From positions 80,166,001-80,230,000 of the forward strand of contig NC_086106.1 of assembly GCF_963921235.1 (NCBI RefSeq): DNA of 64,000 nt. The letters run 5' to 3'. Source of the stretch: Mobula hypostoma (lineage: Eukaryota). The notes below the pieces were generated by a model. That model saw nothing but the letters and a program-made list of their open reading frames with translations, made no database searches and had not been told where the DNA came from. This document shows positions 61,598-64,000 of the stretch, in pieces. How positions within the stretch are numbered: position 1 is the stretch's first letter; every line of letters starts with the position of its first letter. The position numbers were made by a program, and so were the translations under genes.

Positions 61598-62619
61598 TAG
61601 AAGTGTCAGCTGCTAGTGTTTAGAAAGCTGACCTTGGCAAAAAAGAAAAATGCCCCCTGGGCAGTAAATATCCACCACAATGTGAGATTAGGAAGGTTCT
61701 TAACTCTCAGAGCCTGAAAAATCATTGCCTGACAAATTCTCATCTCATAAGAAGTATTTGTAATTTAATCTGAAGAGCCATGTCCCGCTAAAGCTAAAGA
61801 CCAAATGCTATAAGATTAGGCTAGACAGGTTTTGTTTTTAACAGGCATGGATGCAATAGGCCAACTTGGTCTCCTATGAGATTCAATGATCCTAGGATGT
61901 CTCACAACCTTTTGTTAATATTTTGAAACATTAGAATTACTGTCTCAAATTATAACAATTGGAATCAATCTATTCAAACTGCAAAAACAAATCAAAATAT
62001 CAAGTCAGGTCACATTCGTGGGAAGAGGAACAGAACTAATGTTTTAAATTAATGATTATTCTTCTGAACTGGTGAAGATAAAATAAGTATATTATACCTC
62101 AGGGAGATGGGGAAATCTCTGATACTAAAACCAGGCTGATCATGACCAGCTGATAAGCTATAAACAGGGTCATCTGATCAATGAGTCAACAGGAGCAGTT
62201 AGAGAATGAGAAGACAATGTAGAGACAATGTAAAATGCAGAGCAGGAAAACATGGCTAATATGTCAAATGTCAAACTGAACTTGTCCTTCATTTTCAGAG
62301 GAAGAAGGTGGTGGTGGGGGGGGGGGGGTGGAATTGTGAACCAATATCACAGATAGGCGATTGGTACAGGCAGAGATGTGAAGTTATCTGAAGCAAATAA
62401 TTAGCCAGGTCAAGAAATCTAAAAGCAAAAAAAAAGTTCTAACAAGCTGGTGTGACAAGTGAAGAGATTATTGTGAAACACCATACTGCTTTTACCCATC
62501 TTATCACATTCTATTGTTTTAGCTGTGCTCTCTGCAAAGTTCCGTATACCTTTTTTTTTCTCTTTTCATCATCAGTTTTAATATCGCCTTTAAAACGATA
62601 GCTGAAGTTGGAGTTGGAG

Positions 62620-62950
62620 TTGGAGTTATTAATTGGCTGCATCTGGCCAACCAGGCTGAGATGAGGGGAGATTTCAGCCAATCAGCATCATCGGATGCTG
62701 TCAGAGGCGGAATGTGGGATGTGATTGGCAAACACTTTTGACAACTTGCCGTCGACGTAGATGATTGGCGTCTGCGTGCCATTCTATTGGTGGAAGTACA
62801 GAGCGGCTGCCGGAATTACTGTACTGTGATTGGCGGAGCGGTTGTTATGGTGGTTCGCTTTAGTTGTGGTGTCGATGAAACGACCGCCCTCGCAGGCGTT
62901 GGAATCTAATTCTCAATACACTGCTTAGAGGGTGCGAAATGGCTGCAAAG
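62620..62950 (+). promoter_or_regulatory. Promoter and probable first exon (ATG GCT GCA AAG|GTGAGT, MAAK) of an unidentified plus-strand gene continuing beyond the window
   Basis: Six CCAAT/ATTGG boxes (62632, 62678, 62724, 62764, 62786, 62829), CpG enrichment, gaaATGG at 62939 and a consensus donor at 62951. Confidence 0.6.
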
Positions 62951-64000
62951 GTGAGTGGCGGCCTTTCTGCTCCTGTGTTTTAGCCCGCGTGTATCACTGC
63001 ATTGAGAGGACGGCCGAAGCCTTCTGTCAGGGGGTCACTGGACACCTGGCAGCGGTAGCAGGTGAATAATAGAAAGGGAGAATGGTGTTGAGACTGAGAA
63101 TGGAGGATTTTCATGAAAACTGTAAATCAAGAGATGATAACGGAAACTGCACAATTTTCGGGCGGCGGGAGGAGGTGAATATTGAGTATTAAAAAAGACA
63201 AACACTGGATCAATGCAAGCATCCGAGCCAATTTAATATTAGCTAGAAGGTCCTTGAATATGATTCTGCATTTCCTTCTCCCCCCACCCACTCACCCTCA
63301 GCACATAGACATGTTGAGGAAAAATGGGCAGGTAGAAAGTTTTAAGCTGATATGCTAATAGAATTTATTGTTGCACAGAACAGTTCACTGACATTGAAAT
63401 CATCTCACATAAAATAAGTAACAGTTAAACTACTGATCTGCTATTGGCAGCGGCATGGCCCCACACTGGTTGAATTGCTGTGAGAGTCTCGGCTTACCAG
63501 ACGAAGCGTAGACACGCCACTGAACAATACCGGGAAAGAAAATGGTTAATCGTTTGTTCAGGGACTTAACGTTGACAAGGATATCTGCCCTTATTCTTTG
63601 AATGTTACGGGACCCTTGTCTCAACCAATAAGAAACATGTAGGGACGATTAAACATCTCACCCCAAAGGAGAGCCTCTAGTAATCATATTAATACAGATT
63701 GAAAATCAAAACAAAAACTCCCACAGTTTCTGGAGATGTATGGGGTCTCAGCAGATAAGTCAGCACCTGTAAAAAAAAATGAAAAATAATTAATGTTCAG
63801 GGTATATGATAATCCTTCAGAATCTCTTTGCTTTGATGAAAGGCTATGGACGAGAAGTGTTACCACTGTTTCTCTTTCAGCTAACTGATTGAGGCGTTGA
63901 GTATCTTCAGTATTTCTTTGCTTTTATTTCATATAAATATCGAACTTTGCGGCAGTCATTTATAGGATTAGGCTAAATATGTACCAAGAGTTTGATAGCT

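Noticed and set aside
62519-62782. Minus-strand ORF MARRRQSS...
   Set aside because: It overlaps the CCAAT promoter cluster and has no recognisable homology or splice support.

Overview
Repeat-rich vertebrate genomic DNA; the repeat families suggest a cartilaginous fish, probably a ray (inference). Two complete multi-exon genes lie on the minus strand: a SLAIN-motif microtubule plus-end protein (8 coding exons, 32106->7356, ~577 aa, ending WKEGCY, with a GC-AG last intron) and NSDHL (7 coding exons, 52175->42726, 344/345 aa). A probable first exon and promoter of a third, unidentified plus-strand gene is at ~62.6-62.95 kb. The rest is mostly transposons: degenerate CR1 and Rex1/Babar-type LINEs, tRNA-derived SINEs, a Harbinger-type MITE, an RTE-like non-autonomous element, an internally deleted Gypsy LTR element (134-bp LTRs, 5-bp TSD, tRNA-Leu PBS) and many Penelope-like (GIY-YIG) elements. 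The most notable signal is the Penelope-like family: its terminal repeats carry minimal hammerhead-ribozyme motifs, it inserts with 12-16-bp TSDs, and it repeatedly forms palindromic (hairpin) insertions, including one nested in the Gypsy integrase and one in an NSDHL intron. Hammerheads in Penelope-like elements are a known phenomenon; I found no unambiguous wholly new system.
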